Made by a program: the position numbers and the translations under genes. Positions 1-9,122 of a DNA stretch of 64,000 nt are shown here, in pieces. The stretch spans positions 119,096 through 183,095 of the forward strand of contig DASPVC010000060.1 of the NCBI GenBank assembly GCA_035622585.1, written 5' to 3'. Numbering within the stretch: position 1 is the first letter of the stretch; every line of letters begins with the position of its first letter. The notes beneath the pieces are model-generated. The model was given only the letters and a program-made list of their open reading frames with translations. It did not search any database and was not told where the DNA came from. The stretch is from Candidatus Acidiferrum sp. (GTDB lineage Bacteria; Acidobacteriota; Terriglobia; Acidiferrales; UBA7541).

Positions 1-1
1 G

Positions 2-583
2 GGTTTCAACCTAGTCCTGCATAGCGCGTCAAAATATCTGTCCGGCCACTCCGACGTGATCGCAGGCGCGGCGGCAGGCAGCGCCGTGCTGATCAAACAG
101 GTGCGCGCCAACGTGATTCAGATGGGTGGGTCGATGGACCCGGAGGCCGCGTTTCTTTTGATTCGGGGACTGAAAACGCTCGATGTGCGAATCCAGCGCC
201 AGTGCAAATCGGCGATGGCCGTCGCGAAATTCCTGGCGAAGCATCCGAAGGTGGCGTGCGTGCACTACCCCGGCCTGGCGTCGCATCCCGATCACGGTCT
301 CGCCAGACGCCAGATGCGCGATTTCGGCGCGATGATGGCGTTCGATTTGAAGGGCGGGCTCAGCGCTGCGCGGCGGTTTTGCGACCGGGTTCACGTCTTC
401 CTGCTGGCCGCGAGCCTGGGAGGCGTCGAATCGCTCGTGGTCCTGCCGATTTTCACTTCGCACTACAAGATGTCGCTCGCGGAGCTGAAGGCGGCCAGCG
501 TCGAGCCGGGAACTGTGCGCGTGTCGATCGGCCTCGAAGATGCCGAAGACCTCATCGAAGATCTCAGGCAGGCCCTCGCCTAG
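2..583 (+). CDS. Cys/Met-metabolism PLP-dependent enzyme (cystathionine gamma-synthase/lyase family), C-terminal part; 5' end lies outside the window
   Basis: Frame is open from nt 2. It contains the PLP-lysine motif SASKYLSGHSDV and the typical C-terminus VRVSIGLEDAEDLIEDLRQAL. Confidence 0.85.
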   Translation, partial: GFNLVLHSASKYLSGHSDVIAGAAAGSAVLIKQVRANVIQMGGSMDPEAAFLLIRGLKTLDVRIQRQCKSAMAVAKFLAKHPKVACVHYPGLASHPDHGLARRQMRDFGAMMAFDLKGGLSAARRFCDRVHVFLLAASLGGVESLVVLPIFTSHYKMSLAELKAASVEPGTVRVSIGLEDAEDLIEDLRQALA

Positions 584-588
584 CTTGG

Positions 589-1506
589 TTACGGCCTCAC
601 GCCCCGCCACCTCTTGGTGAGGTCGTCGAGGGCGGGATAGGAATAGGCTTCGACGAGCGTGTGTTCGGGGGGTTGCAGGCCATCTGTCATCACCCGCACA
701 AGCATCTCGAGCGCCCTATCCATCGTCAAGGAAGTCACCACGGCAGCGCACCACTCGCCGCGATCCACCAGGGGCCTGCTTCGGTCCGCTACGCCGACTC
801 CGATGCGCGGCAGCGCCAGCCACTTCAATCGCTCGTGTTCGGCGGTGTTTGCTTCAAACGCTTTCCTGGCTCCGGAAAGGAAGTCGGTATTCTGCGACAC
901 AATCAACTGCATTGAGTCCGCCCGCGCATTGGATAAGCTGAGCCACGAAGAAACGGCGGCATACGCAAACTCGGACGTCGCCCCCACCGCCTTCACGGTC
1001 TTCACTTCGACATTCCTCGGTTTGGTGCTCTCCAAACCTTCGGCGCGCTTTGTGGCCCACCAGGCCATGGCAGGTCCACGAAGATAGAGAACCGAACCGC
1101 CGTTCGGCAAGACCGCGCCGATTTGTTTTCCTTGAAGCCGCCCAACTTCCAAATGGTCCTGCGAGACCTGGAATACAGGAGCCTTCGAACTCCTGCGCAG
1201 CGCTGCGACGTAATCCACGTGCGCGTTGCTGACAACCCACGCGATTCCCGCAGCGAGGGCGGCTTCCGCGACGCGCGGCAGTCCGGCAGCGCTCGCCGGT
1301 TCGACCAAAATGCCATCCACCGGCCGCGGGGCCCGCGCCTGCACTCGGCTCAGCAACTGCTGCCCCTGAGCAACGGCATCCGTTTCCGCTGCCAGTATTT
1401 CGAGTCCGACGTCGAGCCGAGCCGCTGCGGCCTGCGCCGCGGCCACCTGTGCCCGTAAGTACAGGGTGTCACCGGGAACCGAGAGGAGGAACTTCAAGTT
1501 CTTCAC
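589..1506 (-). CDS. Periplasmic-binding-protein-fold (LacI/RbsB-type) substrate-binding domain protein
   Basis: 305-aa ORF with alternating beta-alpha pattern typical of Peripla_BP sugar-binding folds. No obvious signal peptide. Confidence 0.55.
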   Translation of the reverse strand: MKNLKFLLSVPGDTLYLRAQVAAAQAAAARLDVGLEILAAETDAVAQGQQLLSRVQARAPRPVDGILVEPASAAGLPRVAEAALAAGIAWVVSNAHVDYVAALRRSSKAPVFQVSQDHLEVGRLQGKQIGAVLPNGGSVLYLRGPAMAWWATKRAEGLESTKPRNVEVKTVKAVGATSEFAYAAVSSWLSLSNARADSMQLIVSQNTDFLSGARKAFEANTAEHERLKWLALPRIGVGVADRSRPLVDRGEWCAAVVTSLTMDRALEMLVRVMTDGLQPPEHTLVEAYSYPALDDLTKRWRGVRP

Positions 1507-1941
1507 GGATGCGCCCCTTCAGCGTAGATTACACCTCTGGCTGGGTGCCGGAACGGCCCCTGCCTGCTCTGTTGGTGTACTCGCCAATGCCTGAAAACCG
1601 AACGGAAAAACTCGTCCGCAACAGAGGCCCATCGCTGCGCCACGAGCGTGGCCAGTGAGGGTCCCCCCGGCTGCCCGAATCGCTGGCAATTTCGCCCCGA
1701 ACGGTGGTATAAGCCTGTCCCCACCCTTCGCTGGGTAGGCGAAGGGCAAGGGAAGGCCCACTAGTACTCGGTGTCCTGTTTTTGTCACTGGCCGAACGGG
1801 TAGTTCCATTGACCCGGTTTGCGGCCGCCTCGTAAAATTTCGATTTGCCTGAGGATAGCGCCCGGGCGACCATTGCCCGGGCCCGTCGAATCTAACAACA
1901 GACGGAACGCAGAGCACTTGGCGGTTTTGAGGCGACGCGCT

Positions 1942-3840
1942 ATGAAGCGCAGGGCGACAATTTGGGTCTCTTTGGCAGCCGCAGCGATCGCTCTGGCAGG
2001 CTGCGAAGAGACCGCCACCAAAGAGGTCCATGTTCGCCCGCCTGCGACGGCCCCTGCTCCCGCGCCCGCTGCCGATTTCGCCCGCCAGCCCCTTCCGTTT
2101 TCGTCAAGACCGATCGATCCGTCGTCGCAGGCGTTCTATCCCCGGCCAACGATCGATATTCTCGTAGATAAAGTTCAAGCGGGCCTGGACGCCGGGGAGC
2201 AGGCTCTGCAAGCCGGAAACGCGCAGCAGGCGCAGACAGATTTCGATCACACCGTCGATCTGATCCTGACCAGCGGCTTTCAGAAAGATTCCGATCCGCG
2301 ACTGGCGAAGCTTTTTGACGAGATCGGCGATGCGGTGCCGTCCGAGGATCTCAACGTTGCGGTGCGCGTTGCAAACGACGACGAGTCTGACACGCCGTCC
2401 GAGCCCGCTCCCATCGACGAAATTGCCGACCTCACGCTTCCGGCGGGCGACCCGAGTCTCGCGGTGAAGGCAGAGAAGGAACTCATCAGCGTTCCTCACG
2501 ATCTGCCGCTCACAGTGAACGATTCGGTGTTGCAGTATCTGAGCTTCTTCACGACCACGCGCGGGCGAGCGATCGTGAGCCGGGGACTCGACCGAGCCGG
2601 GCGCTACAACGACATGATCCGCGGCGTGCTGAAACAAGAAGGCGTCCCGCAAGATTTGATCTACCTCGCGCAGGCGGAAAGCGCGTTTCAGCCGGAAGCT
2701 GTGTCCCGGGCGGGAGCGCGCGGAATCTGGCAGTTCATGCCGTTCCGCGGCGAGGAATACGACCTCGAGCGAAGCTACTATGTGGACGATCGCAGCGATC
2801 CGGAAAAAGCTACGCGGGCCGCAGCGCGGCACCTGCGCGATCTCTACGGCATGTTCGGCGACTGGTACCTAGTGATGGCGGCGTACAACTCGGGGCCCCT
2901 TAACGTGGCGAAAGCGATCCAGCGTACCGGGTACGCGGACTTCTGGGAACTGCAGAAGCGGCGCGTGTTGCCGAAGCAGACGCAGAACTACGTGCCGATC
3001 ATTCTGGCGCTCGCGCTCGTCGCCAAGCAGCCGCAGCTCTACGGCGTCCAGGTTGATCCGGAAAAGCCGCCGCAGGTCGAAACGGTCAGCCTCGTGCATC
3101 CGATTGATCTTCATCTCGTGGCCGACGCATCCAGCGCGGACCTCGACGATCTCCGGTTGCTGAATCCCGAATTGTTGCGCAACGTGACGCCGAACCTGTC
3201 GGGTTTCCAGTTGAAGCTGCCCGCGGGAACCGCGAAGTCCTTCGAAGAGAATATTCAGCAGGTGCCGGAAGACAAGTGGACGAGCTGGCGGCTCCACTCG
3301 ACCGAAACGGACGAGACGCTGGCGGACATCGCGCGGCACTATCGCGTGACCGTGCCGGCGATCGAGGCTGCAAATCATCTCGAGGCGCATGCCACGCTGC
3401 CGCCGGGGTTTCTGCTCAATGTTCCCACGGCGCCGCCGACCGTGCACTTGGTCCGCTACCGCGTGCAACGCGGCGATACGCTTGCCGGAATCGCCGATCG
3501 ATTCGACGTGACGGTCGCAGAACTGAAGCGCTGGAATCACATCTCAGGCAATCACGTCCCGCGTGGCGCGCACCTCCGGATTTACGCGGGCAGCGAGTCG
3601 GCGCAGTCGTCGGACGGCAAATCGAAATCCGCGGAGGAGAGGACAGCGAATGGTTTGCAAAACGTGGCCGCGCGGAACTCCGAAGAAACGAAAACGCTGG
3701 AACACCACGTGAAACAGGGCGAAACGGTGTACTCGATCGCGCGCGAGTATGGCACGACCGTTTCAGCGATTCGCGAGGCAAACACCTTCCTTGCTGACAG
3801 GCCTCTGCAGGCGGGCGATGTGATTACGATTCAACGCTGA
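1942..3840 (+). CDS. Lipoprotein lytic transglycosylase (SLT domain) with C-terminal LysM repeats, MltD-like
   Basis: Internal ATG gives the lipoprotein signal MKRRATIWVSLAAAAIALAGC. SLT motifs AESAFQPEAVSRAGARGIWQFMP are present, plus two LysM repeats (YRVQRGDTLAGIADRF, HHVKQGETVYSIAREY). Confidence 0.9.
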   Translation: MKRRATIWVSLAAAAIALAGCEETATKEVHVRPPATAPAPAPAADFARQPLPFSSRPIDPSSQAFYPRPTIDILVDKVQAGLDAGEQALQAGNAQQAQTDFDHTVDLILTSGFQKDSDPRLAKLFDEIGDAVPSEDLNVAVRVANDDESDTPSEPAPIDEIADLTLPAGDPSLAVKAEKELISVPHDLPLTVNDSVLQYLSFFTTTRGRAIVSRGLDRAGRYNDMIRGVLKQEGVPQDLIYLAQAESAFQPEAVSRAGARGIWQFMPFRGEEYDLERSYYVDDRSDPEKATRAAARHLRDLYGMFGDWYLVMAAYNSGPLNVAKAIQRTGYADFWELQKRRVLPKQTQNYVPIILALALVAKQPQLYGVQVDPEKPPQVETVSLVHPIDLHLVADASSADLDDLRLLNPELLRNVTPNLSGFQLKLPAGTAKSFEENIQQVPEDKWTSWRLHSTETDETLADIARHYRVTVPAIEAANHLEAHATLPPGFLLNVPTAPPTVHLVRYRVQRGDTLAGIADRFDVTVAELKRWNHISGNHVPRGAHLRIYAGSESAQSSDGKSKSAEERTANGLQNVAARNSEETKTLEHHVKQGETVYSIAREYGTTVSAIREANTFLADRPLQAGDVITIQR

Positions 3841-3954
3841 CCACGAAATCCGGGTAACTTGCATCCTTTCTGCAACATACAGGCATTCGTCGGAACGATT
3901 GCCACCGATAAACTCAGCCTTTCTGAAAGCATCGTTTTTTGAATCCATTGCGCC

Positions 3955-3984
3955 TTGACAACGGTCCGAGACTCCGTTTATAAG
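3955..3984 (+). promoter_or_regulatory. Sigma70-like promoter, TTGACA-N18-TATAAG
   Basis: -35 TTGACA at 3955-3960 and -10 TATAAG at 3979-3984, about 55 nt upstream of the 4038 ATG, which has a GGAGGA SD. Confidence 0.5.
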
Positions 3985-4037
3985 CGCACGATGGAGTCAG
4001 CGCTTCCGGTGAAGTCCGGACCTCGCGGAGGATCGAA

Positions 4038-4340
4038 ATGTTTTTCGCCAAGATGAACGATGAAGAAGACGACGAACTGCCCGGCTACGACGACGAAGAA
4101 GAGGGGCAGGAAGAGCAGCCGCAGGACGAAATCGTAGAAGTCGAAGAGATCATCATCGAGGAAGAGCCGGAGGAGGAGGAAGCCGCAGAGACGCCCGCAG
4201 CTCCGGCTCCCGCCAAGCGCGCTCCGGCCAAGAAGGTGAAGAAGGCCAGGAAGGCGCGCCCGAAGGCGAAGAAAGCCAAGCCGAAGAAGAAAGCGAAGAA
4301 GGCGCCTGCCAAGAAGAAGGGCAAGCGCAAAAAGCGCTAG
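4038..4340 (+). CDS. Small charge-bipolar protein: acidic N-half, Lys/Ala/Pro-rich histone-H1/AlgP-like basic tail
   Basis: 100 aa. N-terminus is DEEDDELPGYDDEEEGQEEQPQDE; C-terminus is AKKVKKARKARPKAKKAKPKKKAKKAPAKKKGKRKKR. It has its own promoter, SD and downstream hairpin. Confidence 0.7.
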   Translation: MFFAKMNDEEDDELPGYDDEEEGQEEQPQDEIVEVEEIIIEEEPEEEEAAETPAAPAPAKRAPAKKVKKARKARPKAKKAKPKKKAKKAPAKKKGKRKKR

Positions 4341-4369
4341 AAGCCTCGATCGCGAAGATCGGTTCGATT

Positions 4370-4420
4370 CGCGGGATGGCGCTCCCAACAAACGGAGGAG
4401 CCATCCCGCGATCCATTTTC
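4370..4420 (+). terminator. Intrinsic-terminator-like hairpin after the small basic protein gene
   Basis: CGCGGGATGGC (4370-4380) pairs perfectly with GCCATCCCGCG (4400-4410). Inner CTCC/GGAG pairing follows, then ATCCATTTTC. Confidence 0.55.
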
Positions 4421-4506
4421 CCACCTGCCGTGCACGCGCCTGGTTTTCCCTGCTTGCGACGTTTCCCTTGCGATAAACCGCTTTGGATGGCTAGCATACG
4501 CGCTCG

Positions 4507-5304
4507 ATGCCGCTGGCGGTCGAGCAGATCCGGAGAATGCGCGGAGGGGCGCAATCGCAGTTGATGCGGTGCGCGGACGAAGGATATTACGTCGTCAAGT
4601 TTCAGAATAACCCGCAGGGACAGCGCGTTCTGGCGAACGAATTGCTTGGGACGAGACTGGCGGCGCGGCTGGGGCTGCCGACGCCTCCAGTGGCCGTCGT
4701 GGAGGTGCGGGAGAGCCTGATCGAAAATACGGACGATCTGGTCATCGAGCTCGGGCGCGGGCGCGCGCGATGCCGCGCCGGACTTCAATTCGGCTCGCGC
4801 TATCCCGGACTGCCCGCCGAAACCGTGGTATACGATTTCCTGCCCGACGAACAGCTTCGCGAAGTCGCGAATCTTACCGATTTCTGCGGCATGCTCGTCT
4901 TCGACAAGTGGACCTGCAACACCAACGGCCGCCAGGCGATCTACTTCCGCGGCCGGAGCGATGCGCGCTATCAGGCGCAAATGATCGATCAGGGTTTCTG
5001 TTTCAACGCGAACGACTGGAATTTTCCGGATGCGCCGCTGCGCGGACTCTACGCGCGGCATCGCGTCTACGAATCGGTGCGCGGAATGGATTCGTTCGAA
5101 CCGTGGCTTTCGCGGGTCGAGACGAAGATCGGAGAAGCCGCGTTCGAAGAAGCCTTCAGCGAGATTCCTCCGGAATGGTACGATTTCGATCCGGACCCGC
5201 TCGAACGGATGCTGGAGCAGCTCTTGCGCCGGAGAAAACTCGTGCGGGAGCTCATCGTCTCGGCCCGGAAATCCACGGCCCAGCCTTTTCCAAACTGGAA
5301 GTGA
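4507..5304 (+). CDS. HipA-like (HipA family) small kinase-fold protein
   Basis: 265 aa. Motifs GGAQSQLMRCADEGYYVVKF, ANELLGTRLA, FDKWTCNTNGRQ and MIDQGFCF resemble the short 'HipA family kinase' group as I recall it. Confidence 0.6.
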   Translation: MPLAVEQIRRMRGGAQSQLMRCADEGYYVVKFQNNPQGQRVLANELLGTRLAARLGLPTPPVAVVEVRESLIENTDDLVIELGRGRARCRAGLQFGSRYPGLPAETVVYDFLPDEQLREVANLTDFCGMLVFDKWTCNTNGRQAIYFRGRSDARYQAQMIDQGFCFNANDWNFPDAPLRGLYARHRVYESVRGMDSFEPWLSRVETKIGEAAFEEAFSEIPPEWYDFDPDPLERMLEQLLRRRKLVRELIVSARKSTAQPFPNWK

Positions 5305-5307
5305 ACC

Positions 5308-6114
5308 ATGCCAGAAGAACTTGCCAACACGCTGCGCTACCGAGTGCTGCGATACACGCCCAATCTCGTGCGCGACGAATGGATCAATATCGGCGTGCTG
5401 CTGGAGGAGGTGAATGGCCCGCGCCGCGCGGCGCGCCTGATGGAAGAGCCGTCCGAAATCGCGCGCGTTCGCCGGCTGCATCCCGGCGCCGACGAAAATC
5501 TGCTGCGGGCGCTGCCCGCCGAAATCGACAACCGTCTCGGCGCGCCCGACGCCGAAGCGCGGCGGTACTTTGAGAAGCTCGAAGACACGCTTTCGAACGC
5601 CGTGCAGCTGAGCCCCGCACGCGCGGTCCTGTCGGAAGACTTCGACGCGGAAATGGACCGTCTGTATCGCGACCACGTGGCACCTCCGGCTGCGGCGCGA
5701 GGCGGAATCATCGAAAACACCCGGGCGTGGATACGCGGCCGGCTGAACGACATCTTCCGGCGCCACCGCATCCTCGACAAACTCGAGCGCGGTGTCCATG
5801 TCGAAGAGTTCACGCAGCCGGGCGACCCGATGCGGCTGGACTACGCCTACCGCTACAACGGCACGCGCGGCTTCCTGCACACTCTGGCGCTCGCGCGCGA
5901 TCCTTCCCAGGCCAAGGTTCTGGCTTACACGGCGGCGCGCATCCGCGCCCGCGCCGCAAACTCGGAATTCACCGTCATCACGGAGGTCGAGCCGGCAGCC
6001 GAAAACCCCCGCCATCAGTTCGTTTCGCGGCTCCTAGGCGACCAGCGCATTGCGATCCTGCCGCTAAACCGTGTCGAAGGATTCGCAGAAGCGCTGCGCC
6101 CGCGCTTGCAATAA
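5308..6114 (+). CDS. DUF3037-like protein, coupled to the upstream kinase gene
   Basis: 268 aa. N-terminus LRYRVLRYTPNLVRDEWINIGVLL is characteristic of DUF3037 as I recall it. The start lies 3 nt after the kinase stop. Confidence 0.6.
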   Translation: MPEELANTLRYRVLRYTPNLVRDEWINIGVLLEEVNGPRRAARLMEEPSEIARVRRLHPGADENLLRALPAEIDNRLGAPDAEARRYFEKLEDTLSNAVQLSPARAVLSEDFDAEMDRLYRDHVAPPAAARGGIIENTRAWIRGRLNDIFRRHRILDKLERGVHVEEFTQPGDPMRLDYAYRYNGTRGFLHTLALARDPSQAKVLAYTAARIRARAANSEFTVITEVEPAAENPRHQFVSRLLGDQRIAILPLNRVEGFAEALRPRLQ

Positions 6115-6216
6115 GCTTTGTGGGTCGCTTTGCGCCATTGCTGCTTTTCTGGGGCAGATTGACGCACTAGTTCGATTCTGCTATCGTCTGCTTTACTTCT
6201 CCCTCGGAGTCCACCC

Positions 6217-6825
6217 GTGAAACAGCGTGCGGCGCGCAGCAGCGCTTCCTCCTCAAAGGATCGTAAGTCATTTGCCAAGAGCAGTTTAGCAGCCAGACAA
6301 AAGGCGGCGCCGCCTGACCCTGACGCCCCGGCCAAACAGCAGCAACTGAAGCTCTACGAGGAGGCATTGGGCCATTTTCACGAGCAGAAATTCAGCCGCG
6401 CGCAGCAGATCCTAGAAAAGGTGCTCGAAGGACCCAGCAAGGAGCTGGCCGACCGCGCCAAGGTTCACCTGCGAATCTGCGAGCAAAGGATTTCAAAGCT
6501 GCCTGCGGCGGCGCCTAAGACCGCGGAGGACCACTACACGCAGGGCGTGGCCTTGATGAACCTGGGCCGGTGGGATGAGGCCCGCGAACATTTGGACCGC
6601 GCTCGCAAGGCCGCGCCGAAAGCCGATCACATCGTCTACGCGATGGCCGCGCTCGATTGCCTGACCGGCGAAGCTGATTCAGCCATGGAGAATTTGAAGA
6701 TCGCCATCCAGTTGCGTCCGGAGAACCGCTATCACGCCCGCAATGACGAGGACTTCGCATTCCTGCAGGAAGATCCGCGATTTACCGAATTGCTCTACCC
6801 GGAGCGAGATAGCTCGGCCAGCTGA
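6217..6825 (+). CDS. TPR-repeat protein
   Basis: 202 aa, GTG start. TPR-like helices: AEDHYTQGVALMNLGRWDEAREHLDRARKAAP and AMENLKIAIQLRPEN. Confidence 0.7.
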   Translation: MKQRAARSSASSSKDRKSFAKSSLAARQKAAPPDPDAPAKQQQLKLYEEALGHFHEQKFSRAQQILEKVLEGPSKELADRAKVHLRICEQRISKLPAAAPKTAEDHYTQGVALMNLGRWDEAREHLDRARKAAPKADHIVYAMAALDCLTGEADSAMENLKIAIQLRPENRYHARNDEDFAFLQEDPRFTELLYPERDSSAS

Positions 6826-6840
6826 TCGCCTGCCCTCCCC

Positions 6841-7863
6841 ATGAACAATCGCAAAGAACGGCGGTCGCCATCCGTGCGCGTGGTCGCGCTCGGAGGCGGC
6901 ACAGGGCTCTCGACGATGTTGCGCGGCCTGAAGGAGCATATTGCCGAACGCGGCAAGCGCAGGCCGGAGCACGCCATCGCGGACCTGACGGCCGTTGTGA
7001 CCGTCACGGATGATGGCGGAAGCTCGGGCCGCCTGCGCCGCGAGTACAAGGTCCTGCCACCGGGCGACATTCGCAACTGCATGGTGGCGCTGTCGAAGGA
7101 CGAGCATCTCCTCGGAAAGCTCTTTCAGTATCGCTTTCCCGCGGGCCGGGGGCTGGGCGGGCACAGTTTCGGGAACCTGTTTCTTACGGCGCTCACAAAC
7201 AGCATGGGCGACTTTCCCAAGGCCGTGCAGGTGTCGGCGCAGATTCTCGCGATTCGCGGGCGGATTTTTCCGTCGACGGCGCAGAACGTCACACTCGAAG
7301 CCGTGCTGGAAGACGGAACTGTGGTGGCGGGCGAAACGAACATCTCTCGTTCGCGCAAGCGAATCGCCCGGCTGCGGCTGGTGCCGCGGCGCGTCCGCCC
7401 GCTGCCCGAGGTGCTGGCCGCGCTGCGCGATGCCGATCTGATTCTCGTCGGGCCCGGATCCCTCTATACGAGTATCCTTCCGAATCTGCTCGTGGAGGAA
7501 GTTGCGGAGGTGATTGCGCACTCGCGGGCGACGCGCGTTTACATCGCCAACTTGATGACGCAACCCGGAGAAACGCAGCACTATACGGTGGCCGACCACG
7601 TCCGCGCGATCTACGAACACACGCGGCCGAATCTCTTCGACTTCGCCGTCGTCAACCGCACTGCGGTTTCACCGCGCCTGCTGCGGCGCTACCGCGCGCA
7701 GGGCGCAGAACCGGTAAGCCCCGCGCTGGATGATCTGGCTCGGATGAAACTCAGTTGCCTCACCGGGGATTTCCTGCGGCAGGATGGCGTCGTCCGGCAC
7801 GACGAAGTGCGACTCTCGCGGCTCCTGCTCTCGGAATTCGGGAATCGCCGGGTACCGCGCTAA
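6841..7863 (+). CDS. yvcK: YvcK/CofD-family gluconeogenesis factor (UPF0052)
   Basis: VVALGGGTGLSTMLRGLK and VVTVTDDGGSSGRLRREYKVLPPGDIRNC motifs. Confidence 0.88.
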   Translation: MNNRKERRSPSVRVVALGGGTGLSTMLRGLKEHIAERGKRRPEHAIADLTAVVTVTDDGGSSGRLRREYKVLPPGDIRNCMVALSKDEHLLGKLFQYRFPAGRGLGGHSFGNLFLTALTNSMGDFPKAVQVSAQILAIRGRIFPSTAQNVTLEAVLEDGTVVAGETNISRSRKRIARLRLVPRRVRPLPEVLAALRDADLILVGPGSLYTSILPNLLVEEVAEVIAHSRATRVYIANLMTQPGETQHYTVADHVRAIYEHTRPNLFDFAVVNRTAVSPRLLRRYRAQGAEPVSPALDDLARMKLSCLTGDFLRQDGVVRHDEVRLSRLLLSEFGNRRVPR

Positions 7864-8954
7864 TCCCCGGCGGGAGAATGCGGGGCGACGTAGCCTTCGC
7901 GAGCGTTGACCACCGCCTTCTTCATCTTGCCCTTCTTGTTCGCCAACTGCAGCGGATTGCCCTGATCGTCCACGACTTCGACAGTCAGCTTGTGATAGCG
8001 GCCGTCCTGCGGCGTGGAAGGCGAAAAACCGAGCGTGTACTGGCTGCGCAGGTATGACGCGACCGTGTTGAATATTTCGGGCATTTCACCCTGGAAACGC
8101 GGGAAGAAAGCGTAGCCGCCCGTCAGACGCGAAAACGAACTGAGCTGGTTCTTCGCCTGAAGGTAGCCAAGGCCCAGTCCGCCCGGCGAACTCACGTCAA
8201 CGTCCTCGGCCATTCCGACCGCGAAAATCGTTACATCGGTTTCCTTGAGCCGGTTGAGAGTCTGATCGAGATTGTGTTTGCTGAACGTGTCGTAGCCGCT
8301 CGAAAGTATCAAGATCGATTTCTTGCCTTTCACATCGCGGAGCTGGTCGAGCGTCTCGAGCAGGGCATCGAACAGGACCGCTTCGTGAAATGTCGGAAAG
8401 CCAAGCGTGCGGAGGGCCTGATCGATGGCTCGCTTGTCCTGCGTGAAATCTTCCTGAAGGGTCGTTTTCAGGTCGAATGTCTTGAGCGCCACCCAGTCCT
8501 GCGGCTTCAGCTCGTTGAGGAAGCCGTCCGCCCAATACGCTCCTTTGTTTCCAAAGTATCCGTAGTAGAGGCCGCTGTATTCGAGAAGTATGACGACTGT
8601 GATGGGCGCCTCACTGGGCGCGAAATTCATCACCTGCTGCGGCTGTCCCTGGTCGAAAATTCGGAAGTTCTCGCGTTTGAGTCCTGTGACGAGATTGCCG
8701 TCCTGGTCGGTCACGACCGCGTCCACATTGACCAGGTTCGACTCGACGGAGATGGAGACTGTCGGAAGGGGCGCTTGAGGCTGCGCCTGCCCGCTCGAGG
8801 CGCCCGTGGGCGGCTTCACCGGCTCGGGCTGCTGGGATGCCGGTTGCTGCGGCCCCTCGCGCTGTGCCAGCAGGCTTTGAGCGCTGAGCCCGAGCAATAG
8901 CGCGACGCTCAGGGCCCCTATCGGCGCGACGCGAAACCATTTCTTCGATCGCAT
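7860..8954 (-). CDS. Secreted VWA-domain protein (acidobacterial VWFA-related type)
   Basis: Internal ATG at 8954 gives the signal peptide MRSKKWFRVAPIGALSVALLLGLSAQSLLAQ. The VWA-like core is VVILLEYSG...ILILSSGYDTFS. Confidence 0.75.
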   Translation of the reverse strand: MRSKKWFRVAPIGALSVALLLGLSAQSLLAQREGPQQPASQQPEPVKPPTGASSGQAQPQAPLPTVSISVESNLVNVDAVVTDQDGNLVTGLKRENFRIFDQGQPQQVMNFAPSEAPITVVILLEYSGLYYGYFGNKGAYWADGFLNELKPQDWVALKTFDLKTTLQEDFTQDKRAIDQALRTLGFPTFHEAVLFDALLETLDQLRDVKGKKSILILSSGYDTFSKHNLDQTLNRLKETDVTIFAVGMAEDVDVSSPGGLGLGYLQAKNQLSSFSRLTGGYAFFPRFQGEMPEIFNTVASYLRSQYTLGFSPSTPQDGRYHKLTVEVVDDQGNPLQLANKKGKMKKAVVNAREGYVAPHSPAGD

Positions 8955-9122
8955 ATTTCTGCTCCCCACCGCAGTTGGATGCAAGCAGGGCCTCCCACGG
9001 ATGGTCGATTGCAACCCAGAAAACGCCCTGCAAGGCCCGTCCCGGGCACCGCGCATGCACATGCTAGTATCAATTGTATTCGTTTGGAGACTCGCTGTCA
9101 CATGCACCCGGGGGCTGAGGGA

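Noticed and set aside
1507-1941. 435-bp divergent intergenic region with GC-rich hairpins (for example CCCTTCGC-TGGGTAG-GCGAAGGG near 1725-1747). I checked it by eye for cobalamin and TPP riboswitches, SRP RNA, RNase P RNA and tmRNA motifs.
   Set aside because: No conserved core motif was found: no B12 box in context, no CUGAGA/ACCUGA, no GGAAGCAGCC, no GAGGAAAGUCC. A covariance-model scan would be needed, so no call is made.
4153-6015. 620-aa ORF on the - strand spanning the HipA-like and DUF3037 genes. Similar long antisense ORFs occur at 40609-42255, 52969-54333, 57337-58935, 15667-16950, 6679-7620, 61632-62501 and 62544-63455.
   Set aside because: These are typical high-GC 'shadow' ORFs lying opposite genes with clear family motifs (Pat, GroEL, GlgP and others). 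Their translations are Arg/Ala/Gly/Pro-rich and show no motifs.
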